A stretch of 64,000 nucleotides of DNA from Octopus sinensis (taxonomy: Eukaryota). The stretch is from contig NC_043003.1 of assembly GCF_006345805.1 (NCBI RefSeq), positions 49,166,001 to 49,230,000 of the forward strand. The letters run 5' to 3'. The notes beneath the pieces were generated by a model. It did not search any database, was not told the DNA's origin, and saw only the letters and a list, made by a program, of their open reading frames with translations. Shown piece by piece: positions 51,591 to 64,000 of this stretch. Position numbers and translations under genes: made by a program. Position 1 is the stretch's first letter, and every line of letters starts with the position of its first letter.

Positions 51591-51672
51591 CTGTTTCAGA
51601 TGCCAAGATATCAAAAATTGTCAAAGTGTAGTTTTGCTATGCAATGGGGAAACAATTTTTTGCTATAGAACG
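51591..51672 (+). CDS. Candidate exon with Ly6/uPAR (three-finger)-like cysteine spacing
   Basis: CFRCQDIKNCQSVVLLCNGETIFCYRT = C-x2-C-x5-C-x6-C-x6-C; TATTTCCAG acceptor, GTGAAA donor. Confidence 0.3.
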
Positions 51673-51975
51673 GTGAAACAATTTTTTTTTAATGAAAAAG
51701 CAACGTTTTGAACTTACGAATCTTTTGCATAATAGCAGCGTTACATATATATATATATATACGTATGTATGTATATGCCAGCTAAAAGAAAACATTCTAG
51801 CTGCATAAAATATCTGCACGTGCACACTAAATCTTTGCTTCTCATGTATTTTCAGCACAGGCCTATGCTATGCCTACATTCATAATCTATTGAATTCAAG
51901 AATTAAATTCGTACATTGGATAAAAAAAGTCTCTAAATTTTACACTTAGTTATATGCTGATTTTATAACCACACA

Positions 51976-52018
<43 letters not shown>

Positions 52019-52028
52019 ACACACACAC

Positions 52029-52069
<41 letters not shown>

Positions 52070-52300
52070 AACACACACACACGTGCATTAAATATCTAAA
52101 ATTAAGTAAGGGAATAAATCTGACTTTTTCTTACGTTTATTATTTCTTTTCAATATATTTTACTGATCTGAAGATTTTCGTTGCGGCTATGATAGGGTAC
52201 TATCTTCAAAGGATTTAATCCGTTTTACGAAGTCAGCAATTTTGTTTGGTAGTTTTTACACACACATTGATTCATAAACCGTAAAAATAATCACATAAAT

Positions 52301-52344
<44 letters not shown>

Positions 52345-52559
52345 CACACACTGCGGACAAATATACAGAAAGCTATGTATTTAGACTGATATACAGAAAA
52401 CTAAGTAATGTAGACAGATGTTCAAATAAATATATAAATATTTAAAATGAAATAGAGATATATAGATGGAGAAATAGATTTGCCTAGTTTTTGTTTCAAT
52501 GTTGTACTATTGTACCGCTCTCTCATCCGCTTTCCTCCTCTTTCATCTGTTTTGTCGCT

Positions 52560-53600
52560 CAGTCTTCCTCTGTCTGAGGCCACTCTTTCACATTCATTTT
52601 CTCTATTTCTCTTTCACTCAATATATCCCCTATCCCTAGTATAGTTCGTACAAAAGTATAATGAATTAATTTGCTGCGATGAGTGAATGAATTAAACGTT
52701 TCGGATAGTTGTATTTCTTCGTAGAGTGCAAACACAGAAGTCTCACCGTTAGGCTGAAAATTGTGAGTGAGGTAATGAAGAAGGTAAAGAAATAATTTTA
52801 ATGTTTGGCGATGGGGAAATGGAGGGGCAACCCAGGAGAAGCAGCTAGAGCAGTGTGGAAGCTGTACGATGGGGGAGGAAGTAAACAGTGAAGGAGAGGT
52901 GGTAGAGTTTGTTAGCAGATCCAGGTCTTTCGAGCACTCAACTGATTCCACTCAGTGGTATCATCCGATAGTTAGGCTTTAATGAAATCCGTATACACCA
53001 GGAACAGCATCTTATCTTCAACCTCGGCATCTCTTTACAGAACGTTGATACATACCTGGACAACATCTGATTCTGTCTTCCATCCTATTGTCAACTATGG
53101 TCGGCGTTAATGTTTTTGGTTGTGATATATTCATGTGTTCATATGCAGATACATGCACACATATTGCTTGATTACATATGTTGTGTGCTGTTTGCTTCAT
53201 ATACTGCGCGTATGACTTCCCTCAATATATAGCAGTCACACGACTCTATCTCTCACTGATTTTCCCTATTTTTCCAACAGCAACAACTCCATATAATATA
53301 TTTTCTCTATTGATTTTCTCATTTACAATTTTACAATTTAGACGATAACATCTCTAAGTATATATTCCTCCCTCTCTATCACTTTCTCTATGAAGAACCC
53401 GTATCCGAAACGTTTGATTGTTTCACTTCTCAAGGCAAATCACCTCACTGTACTCTTCTTGAACCTTCTTCTGGATTATCATTATTATAGTAATTTTTTA
53501 TACAACCCACAACCAACATCGGATTCCCAATTTTAACATATGCTCTAGATTTAATTTTTCTCGTTTTCTTACTCAGTACATTTCCACTTTCCTCTCATCC
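52560..53600. mobile_element. Old Penelope-like relic (EN C-terminus plus inverted pLTR-like segments)
   Basis: IHQEQHLIFNLGI at ~52990-53030 (+); related CTCTA(T/C)GAAGA...TATCCGAAACGTT motifs at 52695-52726 (-) and 53386-53413 (+). Confidence 0.45.
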
Positions 53601-53990
53601 TTTTCCCTATCTTTCTCTGTCCCAATCTCTCTACCCATAACCCCTTCCTTATACAACTGGCAGCCATGCAACTTAGTCTTGTCATTTCGTCTCCTCAATC
53701 CCATGAAAGAAATAAATTACACTAGAACAAAAGATTTCAATATTTAATCTCCATGTAGAACAGCTAACACTCCCCTCCCACACTCACACACAAAGACACA
53801 CGCATCACATCAACACACGTAAATACACAAATCTACGTAAATACGCAAAACTCACGTTCAAATACATTTCCTTTCTTGATATATTAGGTGTTTATATTTG
53901 AATTTATGCATCTCATGCAACTAGATTGACGTGTTAAAAATTACACTAAAGCAACCTTTGGATGCGTCGAAGTACGTATATAAATATGTA

Positions 53991-54091
<101 letters not shown>

Positions 54092-54186
54092 GTATAAGTA
54101 TATATATGTACGCATACACATATATGCATGTATTGCAATAACCATTTATGTATGCACGCATGCTTGTAAATATACATGTATTTGTA

Positions 54187-54229
<43 letters not shown>

Positions 54230-54230
54230 T

Positions 54231-54278
<48 letters not shown>

Positions 54279-54479
54279 GTAGAGTGTGTGTGTGTGTGTG
54301 TGTAGGAATGTATGTATGTGCGTATTGCGTATGCACTGTAATAGTCAATTTACTTTGATTCGTCCTAGCTTACTGTACGTTCATTTATCCGTTGACAGAT
54401 TATTTGTGATACACATCTTGCTCGTTACTACATATCTGCACCAACGTCACCACCACAACGACGATGACGTTGGGGTTGA

Positions 54480-54720
54480 TGTAACTGACTTACCCGTCCC
54501 CGAAATTGCTGGCGCCGTGCCAGAATTTGAAACCAATATTAATGGAAGGGCGGCGAGTCAGTATACAATCGTTACCGAATCAGAAAAGATGCTTAGCAGC
54601 ATTTCTTTGCCTTTCATCCATTCGGGTTCGATAAAATAAGTACGGGTTGAGTACTGGGTTGATGTAACCAGCTTCCACGCTTGCCCACAATTGCTGGCCT
54701 TGTACCAACATTTGAAACCA
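54480..54720. mobile_element. Two back-to-back SINE family A fragments
   Basis: Tail fragment on - (54480-54545) and central-to-tail fragment on + (54570-54720). Confidence 0.6.
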
Positions 54721-55070
54721 ATTTCAAAGTTACTGGAGAGTGTTAAATAAACGAAAAAGAATATTGGCTCTTGATGAACTCGATGAATGATTCTGTTTAA
54801 ATTCCCAGCTGAGGCCAATGAATTTCGCTTATGATAATTAAATACACGAAAAAGGCAGGAACGTCAGATAATCTCCCTTAAGAAACCTCTAAATAGAAAC
54901 GAAATTACATGCACGCATACATACATACTACATACATACATAAATACATACATACATACATACATACATACATACATACATACATACACATATATACTTG
55001 CATACATACATACATACATACATACATACATACATACATACATACATACATACATACATACATACATACT

Positions 55071-55324
55071 TATTTTATTGTGTTTGAGGAGAATCGTTCT
55101 CTTTTAGTGCCTTATTACCAAGCACACTCGCCAGTTCGATGAACGACTAATGTAGAGGTTGTAAGACGCAACGAAAATTTTAGAAAAAATAGTTAAGTTA
55201 ATGAGTGGAAATCGAACTGGCGAGTGCGTTAATTAATAAGGCACTAAAAGAGAATGACTTTCCCCAGACACAATAAAATATGCTACAACACACGAATTCA
55301 CATAAAGAATCTTGCAAACCAAAT
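55071..55324. mobile_element. Family E copy with an inverted partial duplicate
   Basis: 55071-55140 is the reverse complement of 55211-55280. Confidence 0.75.
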
Positions 55325-55436
55325 ACAAAAACGAAAAATACACACACACACACATGCACCCACATATGCATACATATACATGTATATAGATATGTATACA
55401 TATATACGTGTATATATATATACATACATACATACA

Positions 55437-55478
<42 letters not shown>

Positions 55479-55760
55479 TATGCATGTATGTAAAAATAAA
55501 ATATATGACAATCGCTAAATATATTCAATTCAATTCTTAATAATGAGACTGTGAAGGCCAAGGTATGTGCATTTAGGAACTCTGCTCTTGGAAACCACCT
55601 GTAAAAAGCTAATAAGAATACGCGAAAAATGTAAAATACATTGTCACGTATTTAATTAAACATCGTTACAAAAAAGCTGTTCTTTACGTATACGAACACG
55701 CACACGTATACATATGTACATGCATACATACATACATACATACATATATATATATATATG

Positions 55761-55852
<92 letters not shown>

Positions 55853-55990
55853 GTATATATATATAATATTTTATAATTATATACATAATTATAACAAGGG
55901 GGTCGGCTTCACGCCTAACCACTCACTGCTAGAAATAGACGCTAAAGCTCTTATTACCACCTTAAAATCTCCGAGAAATAACACACCATA

Positions 55991-56076
55991 TTGTAGGTAA
56001 GCAAAAGAAAAATAATGAATTCACAAGGAGTTGACCAACCTTGTGGATTCATTATTTTACTTTTGCTTACCTACAA
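55991..56076. repeat. 86-nt hairpin (38-bp arms, 10-nt loop)
   Basis: Arms 55991-56028 and 56039-56076; two differences, one of which is a G-U pair on the + strand. Confidence 0.9.
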
Positions 56077-56099
56077 AAGTCAAGACTTTTGATAGTCAA

Positions 56100-56223
56100 G
56101 ACTATTGAAAAGGTTGCAAGACGCAACGAAAATTTTAGAAAATAAAAATAAGAAATAAGTGGAAATTTTACCGGTGAGTGTGTTAAATAATAAGGCACTA
56201 AAAGAGAATGACTCTCCTCAGAC
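56100..56223 (+). mobile_element. Interspersed repeat family E
   Basis: Homology to 62219-62400. Confidence 0.7.
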
Positions 56224-56241
56224 CCTATATTAATATATATA

Positions 56242-56444
56242 TGACCACCTGTGTATCGTTGGCGATTTTCTTTCTCCGTCTTCCCTTCATTGGACCTTTC
56301 CTTTTTCTATTTTCCTGACGAAGAGCTCCACTCGAAACGTTAAATCCTCGTTCTTTCTTTGCTTTCCGGAGCATCCAATAACACTATACTTGTTCCACGT
56401 CCACATGTTGTTGTGTTTTCTCTTTGTTCATGTTTGGATTAACT
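56242..56444 (+). mobile_element. Family H pLTR/retrozyme-like element
   Basis: Homologue of 3534-3739; TA repeats on both sides. Confidence 0.7.
56311..56345 (+). ncRNA. Minimal hammerhead ribozyme candidate (stem I imperfect)
   Basis: CTGACGAAGAGCTCCACTCGAAACGT (56315-56340) is identical to the 3641-3666 copy. Confidence 0.45.
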
Positions 56445-57081
56445 ATATATATATATGTATGTATATGTATATGTATATGTATAGCAGCACCAATGAGCGA
56501 TTAGGAATAAACGGACTTTAGTTTTAAATGTTTGTGGCATATTTTAACTTCAAAAGGCAAATTCACTGTGAATTCACGTGGTGAAAATTTTCTATTATAG
56601 TAAAAAAGTGTCAAAACACCGTATCTACCCAGTGCTTCCCGCAATCGGATTCCAAGAGCGCTTCTCTGGCTCTTTAGAAATACCGAAGAGAATCAACTCT
56701 GGGTAGGCTTAAAAAGCCGAAACTTTAATTAAAAACAGTCTACATCAGTGACCAAGTTGCGCTAGTAGATCGCCTGGTTCGGAAAAAAATTGTAGTATCA
56801 GCACCAAGCAGTTGGGAATTGCAGTTACCATGGAGAAAATATTCTTATACATGATAAAAGGTGTAAAAAATCCCTATGCACTTATTATTATAAATATATA
56901 TATATATATGTAAAAAAATACAAAATGGGACAAGAACGCAAAACATTCGGACAACTAGGTGATACAAAAAGGGACAGCAAAACATTCAGGTAGACGATAC
57001 AAAAAACACGGACGGGTCATTCGAAGCCTTTAATCTTCAGTCAAGAACCGCACCATTCTCGCAATTTCGGCTGATTAATAG

Positions 57082-58100
57082 CAGGTCATCCCATAAATTC
57101 TGTCCAAATTTTGAATAAAGAAAGCAAGTGATCAAATGTTATATTTAATTGAAATTTAATCATCAATGTACTTTCCCTGATTATCTATGACTTCCTTCCA
57201 TCTATTTACAAGCTTTTTAATACCATCATTGTAATACTCTTGGTTTCAAAGCGAAAAACTCTGAAATGTCCGTTTCGGCCTTCTCCTGGCTTGCCAAAGT
57301 TATGTTCCCCAAATGATTGTGTAAATTACAAAACAAATGGCAGTCTGAAGGAGCAAGGTCGGGAGAATATGGTGGATGAGGAATTTGTTTCCAACCAAGC
57401 TCTTCGATTTTCTGTGATGTGATCTTTGCAGTGTGGTGTCGCGCATTGTCCTGATGAAACATCACTCCTTTCCGATTCACTAAAGCGGGTCTTTTTTTCT
57501 TCAAAGCTTGGTTCAAACGCTCTAATTGCTGACAGTAAACTTGGGCATTGATTATTGCATTAGGTGGTAACAATTCAAAGTTAATTACCCCTTTGAAGAA
57601 CTTTTTCCATGAAGTTCCCTTCTCGGTTGTGGTTGAACTTTTTCTCTTTTACCAAGCCACTGTTTACGACGTTTAGCATTTCGATAGAAGATCCATTTTT
57701 CGTCACATGTCTATCCAAAAAGGGTGAAATGAGTTCACGAGAATAGAGAGAAGAGCAGATTCAACTCGGGATTTGATGTTGCTTCCGGACAATTCCTGAG
57801 GCACCCATTTTCCAAGTTTAGGAAGCTTTCCAAGTTGTTGAAGATAACGGTGAGCAGTTGCATGGTTTGAACTAAGGTTTATTGTCAATTCTGCAACTGA
57901 TAATGCAGGATTTTCTTCAAGTAATGCCTCAGGGAGCTTTTCATCAAACTCAATTGGACGTCTGGTTCGATCTTCAACTTCAAAGCTGAAATCTCCACTT
58001 CTGAATTTTCTATAAACTTTATTCAAGATACTCTCTGAAGAAATGGTCATATTCCTGGTAATAAACGCGACTTAACTTCATTTTAGTTTACGACTACACC
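57082..58100 (-). mobile_element. mariner (DD34D-type) transposon, degraded
   Basis: ORF 57226..57573 has HQDNAR and HPPYSPDLAPSD; ORF 57703..58050 has the HTH region and WVPQEL (WVPHEL-like); terminal CAGGTCATCCCATAAATTCTG at 57082. Confidence 0.9.
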
Positions 58101-58916
58101 TGATCTATTCACTTTGGTTACTCCCTTTGTGTCCACCGAAAAAGTTATAAGTATAGATATGTTTGTATACAGTGCAGAAGTGGATAATAATCCTTAGGTA
58201 GTGACTCTTGTCTGAAAGGAAAAACACTTTCAAACCGTTGAAAAATCCCTTTCTTCCCAGGCAAGTCCACAAAACATAAAATTCTTCATTTCCTCATGGT
58301 ATATGAAGTTATCCAAACTGACGGACTACACAGTAATATATTTAGCTAAATTCAGTCGACTATGAACACTATCCCGCTAGAAGTTGGCCTAGTGCCTAGG
58401 AAGAAAAAAAAAGTAAAAAAAAAACCAACAAAAAACGAAACAAAGCAAAAAAGAACTTTATTATCCAAGACACGCCAAAAGACGATACTTCAAATTTCTC
58501 TTTTCTCCCGGAGTTATCGAAACAATCAATGGAAATCAAATCAAATTATGGTCACCTCGTCTAATCAAGTAGAATCTTCGTTTTCTATTTGTGCAGCCAG
58601 CAGTCGTTCTTTTTATTGTTTTTTGTAAAAAAGCATGTCGTTGTTCTCCCCTTCTCTAGTCTATTATTACAATCGCTGTTTTAGTCTCGGCATAAAAACA
58701 ATGTATAGCACAAGGCAGAACCAAAAACATAAATCATCGATGATGTATTTGCAGTTATTTGTGGCAGTAAATCATTGAATGTTATTTCCTTTTTTTTAGA
58801 TCTTGTTATTATTTGTGTTATGTCGGGAGTCTTATTTACTGCAGTCTTTCGATGAATGACCGAACGCAGCCTCCGTGAGTCTTCGATATGTGCTGTGCTA
58901 CTGCTATATTTCTTTT

Positions 58917-58983
<67 letters not shown>

Positions 58984-59283
58984 TAATAATAATAACAACA
59001 ACAACAACAATAAAAATAATAATAATAATAATAATGATAATAATAATAAAAATAACAATGATATATGTTTCAAATTTAGGCAGGGGCCTGGGGGTTGCTT
59101 TTTTTGGTGAGGGTAGGGTTAGTTGATTATTTTATCGTTTTCAAAAATATGAAAGAGAAAGTAATCTCAGCGAGATTAGAATTTGAAACACAAAGAGACG
59201 GAAGTAATAACAAAAGGTATTTATTCCGACGTTTCAACATTTATATCAGTCCAGGGATTTGTAATAGTGAAAATATAATAATA

Positions 59284-59330
<47 letters not shown>

Positions 59331-59332
<2 letters not shown>

Positions 59333-59526
59333 CCTTTCTACTATAGGCACAAGGCCTGAAATTTAAGGAGAAGGGATTAGTTGATTTACTAGTACTTAAT
59401 TTGTCGACCCCGAAATGATGAAAGGCAAAATCAACCTCGCCGGAATTTGAACTCAGAACGTAGCGAAGGGTGAAATGCCGCTAAGCAATTCATCCAGCGC
59501 GCTAACAATTCTGCCAGCTCGCCGCC
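59331..59526 (-). mobile_element. SINE family A, full length, between (AAT)n tracts
   Basis: ...GCTAACAATTCTGCCAGCTCGCCGCC head; CCTTTCTACTATAGGCACAAGG tail. Confidence 0.85.
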
Positions 59527-59532
59527 TTAAAT

Positions 59533-59589
<57 letters not shown>

Positions 59590-59625
59590 TATTATTATTA
59601 TTATTATAATGATAATAATAATAAA

Positions 59626-60174
59626 TGCTCCCGATGCAGTATCAGGCAGTGGCTCTCGTGGCTTCTGATCTTAACTGATTGGAAGTGTTATCATGTACAT
59701 GTATTGTCTTGGTATATTTGCTACAGCAAATATTCTGCTCAATACCACAGATTTGCTTGTCAGTTGTTTGACCTTAACCAGTTGAGCATGTCCCTTAGTG
59801 GCTGACGATATGTGCATCTCTGATGACGAGCAGAAATAGTGGGGGAGCATCATAGCCATGTGTTGAGAGGCATTCTTTGGGGTTTGAATAATTCACTTCT
59901 GGAAACATGGGTGTTTCGTTCAACATCCTTAAACAGCAATTATTCAGGGATATTTTGAGCGGGGTGGGTTACTCGACCAGTAGAAAATTTTAACTGGGCC
60001 CCTCTGCAAGGTCATGTGCTGTTTATCTTGATATGAGATCACCATATCGCGCACATATGGTTGTGATGCATGTGCCTGGTGTACCCTTATCAGACAGGTA
60101 GTCATGATGGGTATACAGGACTTCGTATACTTTACCCCAGTGTCACTTTGATGGCATATACTGCTCTCTCACTC
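59626..60174 (+). mobile_element. Interspersed repeat family D, longest copy
   Basis: TGCTCCCGATGCAGTATCAGGCAGTGG...CTGCTCTCTCACTC followed by an (AAT)n tail. Confidence 0.85.
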
Positions 60175-60223
<49 letters not shown>

Positions 60224-60246
60224 TAACAATAATAATAATAACAACT

Positions 60247-60460
60247 ATCCCTTCTACTGAAGGCACAAAGCCTGATATTTGGTGGGGAGGGGACTAGACA
60301 ATTACATCGACCCCAGTGTTTCACTGGTACTTAATTTATCGATTCCGAAAGGATGAAAGGCAAAGTCGACCTCGGCAGAATTTGAACTCAGAACACAGAG
60401 ATGGGCAAAATACCGCCAAGCATTTCGTCCAGCGTGCTAACAACTCTGCCATCTCACTGC
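60247..60460 (-). mobile_element. SINE family A
   Basis: GAAAGGATGAAAGGCAAAGTCGACCTCGGC block and head remnant. Confidence 0.85.
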
Positions 60461-60467
60461 GTTAACT

Positions 60468-60665
60468 ATGAACATGGCTGAAAAAGATCGGTCCAAGTGT
60501 GAAGGTAGAATACCTACAAAAATCAGCATTGCTTGGAACTGCAAGAATTCTTCGCAGGGTTCTTGAAGCATGATCAGTAAAACAAGCGTCACATTAGTCT
60601 GCTGGCTGTGGACAGCTGACACTTTCCAGCATAGCCAGCAATATAAGCTGTGAGTTTTAATACAA
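60468..60665 (+). mobile_element. R4/Dong-type LINE 3' end
   Basis: WLKKIGPSVKVEYLQKSALLGTARILRRVLEA-stop, 3'UTR, then (AAT)n/(GAT)n tail. Confidence 0.8.
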
Positions 60666-62218
60666 TAATAATAATAATAATAATGATGATGATGATGATG
60701 ATGATAATAATTAAGGATAATAATAATTTCAACAACAACAACAACAACAATAATAATTCTCTTACTTCTATAGAAAATGTTAAAATATGTGAATGCTATA
60801 AATATTAGTGAGTAAGTGTTAGTTTATCGAAGATTGATTATCGACTGAAATCGGAGATTTTTGGCACGTTTCTAACGTCTCCTACAGTTGCTGATACATT
60901 TTCAGTTCCAAGTATGACGTAATTATTGCTAAAATATTCTTACCAGACACCGAACATGTAGCAGTTTTCTTGTACATTTCCTGATCTTCAATCCCTCGTT
61001 CAGCGTAAAGACGAGGTAGTTACAACGATTGCTGCATTTAGTCTGAAATTTGAAAGTCACCTTAGATAGAATGTGTGTAATTTCCCCGACGGCTATCTCT
61101 CGAAAGACAGCATACATAGGGAAAAATGATCCTATAATGAAAATGTGCATTGTTGTATTAAGAGCCCAACGGCAACTTCATTGAGGACCATTAACTGGTT
61201 ATTAGAAAATCAAATTGAATACATACTCTATGCAAATTAAAATAATGTATTTCTTCACTTTCTCGGTATATGTCGGTTTATGTATTTTTATGGAGATTTA
61301 TGTGTGCGTATATTTAATTTATTTACTGTTCATTTCAATCTATTTCTTCAAGACCACAATTTGAAAATTTCTTCCAGCTGTCATTTCCTTCACTCAATTA
61401 TTTGTTGTGTAAGTATCGTATTTATATTGCTCTCTTACCAAGCTTACAAGATTATCTTCTAACCTTTGTTAACACTCTAATTACAAATCTGACGTTAATG
61501 TCAGCTGACGGTGATTATTACAACACAAACTATCTACTTCTAATGCATACAGAATCTCCTATAGTACTTTACATCATCATATTAACTTAATTCTGTATCT
61601 ATGTTTATTAACTTTTCCCCCTTCGGATGTCTTTTAATCGCATAACAGCATTTCATAATATCTAAGATCTATCTTATTTAGTCCTGATGGAATCAGAAAA
61701 TATTAACTGCTCCGTCTTCTTATGCCTTTCTACCACCCGAGACTATTACTAGTTTTCAAGTCTAACTGTAATGTGTTCTAACATTGTTTTAACATAATAT
61801 AACTATGACACGGGATTCATTTGAAATCTGCAGAGTCTGCAGGGAATGTTTTCCAATATGTAGATAACATGGTATGGTTATCATCTCCCCTCTTTAAGTA
61901 TGGCTAAATATTGGCTTCATTGTATGAGAATCTTGCAACCTTTAATAGATTATTAGATTAGCAGATTAATATATTAATCGTACTGAATGCTTCGGAATTA
62001 AACTGAGAGTGATAGTAGTGAGAAGGAAGTTTTGTTGTCACCAGTCCATCATGAGACAGGGCTACATGGTTTAGTAGCTATATCTCCTTCAAATACTCAT
62101 AAAAGGGGCATTTTAGATTTATTCAATTCTACATATCCCTAAAAATAAAAGACGCGTACGACTGCAAAATTAGCACAGAGAAATTATCGATGACTGTCCG
62201 ACAACGGACAGAGTCAAC

Positions 62219-62400
62219 GACTATTGAAAAGGTTGCAAGACGCATCGAAAATTTCAGTGAAAATAAATAAGTTAATGAGTAGAAATCAGACCGGTGAATG
62301 GGTAAAATTAATAAGGCACTAAAAGAAAATAACTCTCTCCAGACACAATAAAATATGCTTCAACACACGAATTCACATAAAGAATCTTGCAGACCAAATA
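62219..62400 (+). mobile_element. Interspersed repeat family E
   Basis: Homology to 55145-55324. Confidence 0.7.
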
Positions 62401-63185
62401 TTATGTAACTTGATATAAGAAGAGACAAAAATTTAGATAATCATTTTATATTTATGATTTATATTAACACACTAAATGCATAAATACAAACATAAAATTA
62501 AGATAAGGAATATATTTATATCGTATTTAGAAAGAAATAGGAGTTATATGAGGTAAAAATGTACATGAAAAGGGTAAATAAAGAAAGGCTGATATATCGA
62601 TTAAAAATCATATTAAATATAAATTTAAGGATAAAAGACATTCAAATAAAGATTGAAAGTTATAAAATACATCGGCAGTAGTGGCAAATCCTAATTATAG
62701 ATTTAAAACTTTAGAGGAGTTTCGAAGAAATGTTTTATAGCGGGTTATAACGTCAGATAAGTATCAGGCTAGAACATATATAGGTAGTACTGTTGATATA
62801 TATATATATATATATAAAAGATGTAGCACGCGTTTAAATTCATTTATTAACATTAATAAAAAATTCTTTATTTTTATTTTATTTTTTAAATTCTCACATC
62901 ATCCTTCACTGGGCACTTTTTTAATTCTCCCATCATCTTTCACTAGAGGTTGCCTTCATATATAAGCGTGAATCATCGCAGAAGTGATTAATATCAAATG
63001 GAGTAGCCGATGACTAACGTAATGTAACCAAAATTTTTCTTTCTTTCTTTATTTTCTCTTACATGTCTTCAAACTTGATTAATTTTCTATTTACTTATTC
63101 CTGATGAAAGGGACATGTCAGTGTGAATCTAAAGGATTCATACCTGCTGACTAATGAACTCCAGAAACGGCCGTCAAATTGCTTC

Positions 63186-63585
63186 ATATTCTTTTCTACT
63201 CTCGGCACAAGGGTCGAAAGTTTTGGGGAGAGCGGTCAGTTGATTACATCGACCTCAGTACGCAACTGGTACTTAATTTATCGACCAGGAAAGGATGAAA
63301 GGCAAAGTCGCTGTCAGCGGAATTTGAACTCAGAAAATAGACAGATAAAATACCTATTTCTTTACTATCCACAAGGGGCTAAACACACAGAGGACAAACA
63401 CGGACAGACAAATGGATTAAGTCCATTATATCGACCGCAGTGCGTAACTGGTACTTAATTAATCGACTCCGAAAGGATGAAAGGCAAAGTCGACCTCGGC
63501 GAAATTTGAACTCAGACCGTAACGGAAGACGAAATACCTCTAAGCATTTCGCCCGGCGTGCTAACGTTTCCGCCAGCTCGCCGCC
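63186..63585 (-). mobile_element. SINE family A dimer
   Basis: Full unit 63350-63585 followed in SINE sense by a headless unit 63186-63349. Confidence 0.85.
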
Positions 63586-63848
63586 TTCGAATTGTTTCAT
63601 ATTGACGTTATAATCATCTATAAAAAATTTCTTCGGAACTTTTCTAAACTTTAAAATCCATAATTAGGAGTTGCCACTACTGCCGATGTGTTTTATAATT
63701 TTCAATCGTTATTTCAACGTCTTTTAACCTTAAATTTGAATTTAATAAGATTTTTAATCGCTATTTCAACTTATATTTATTTACTCTTTTTATGTACATT
63801 TTTACCTCATATAACTCCTATTTCTATCTAAATAATATCAATCAAATA

Positions 63849-64000
63849 CAGTAGGGGTTGAATATATTTTTAAGTCCACCATTTTGTCAATTGCAGCAGC
63901 TTCCAAGTTTCACCACTAATTCAGTTCTCAACTAAATTGCAAACTGCTAATAGTTTTAAAGGGGACACCTCCTCAGCTACACTTAGCCATAAATAGTTTG
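63849..64000 (+). mobile_element. Probable Tc1-like element 5' end, cut by the window edge
   Basis: TA|CAGTAGGGGTTGAATATATTTTTAAGTCCACC resembles Tc1 terminal repeats (recall). Confidence 0.45.

Noticed and set aside
57015-57045. Minus-strand CTGAAGA...GAAT hammerhead-like motif in a TA-adjacent element
   Set aside because: GAAA box is altered and the stems do not pair; at most a decayed pLTR.
61280-61950. Possible decayed LINE endonuclease region on the minus strand
   Set aside because: Too many stops and no unambiguous motif; needs TBLASTN or HMM evidence.

Overview
AT-rich eukaryotic (animal) genomic DNA saturated with microsatellites ((TA)n, (CA)n, (TATG)n, (ATT)n, (CAT)n, (TCTA)n) and interspersed repeats. 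The repeat families resemble those of coleoid cephalopods, probably Octopus (inference from pattern recall, no search run). Almost all ORFs in the supplied track are microsatellite artefacts. The dominant structure is a ~6.8-kb head-to-head inverted pair of a Penelope-like retroelement (RT plus C-terminal GIY-YIG endonuclease; 5581-12410). Its two arms differ mostly by single-base indels and together rebuild a near-complete ORF. Other content: short TA-flanked elements carrying hammerhead-ribozyme-like motifs; three tRNA-headed SINE families and one unclassified ~550-bp family; several R4/Dong-type (RLE) LINE relics; a short RTE-derived element with a TSD; mariner and Tc1 relics; a Helitron-like element; a 4x344-bp tandem array; a 21-bp minisatellite born inside a SINE; several near-perfect hairpins; and a 100-N gap. 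No host gene could be identified. A few plus-strand segments with good splice signals (15.8 kb, 27.9-30.7 kb, 51.6 kb) are candidate exons only. No rRNA, genuine tRNA or CRISPR array was found. Repeat boundaries are approximate unless a TSD or TIR fixes them.
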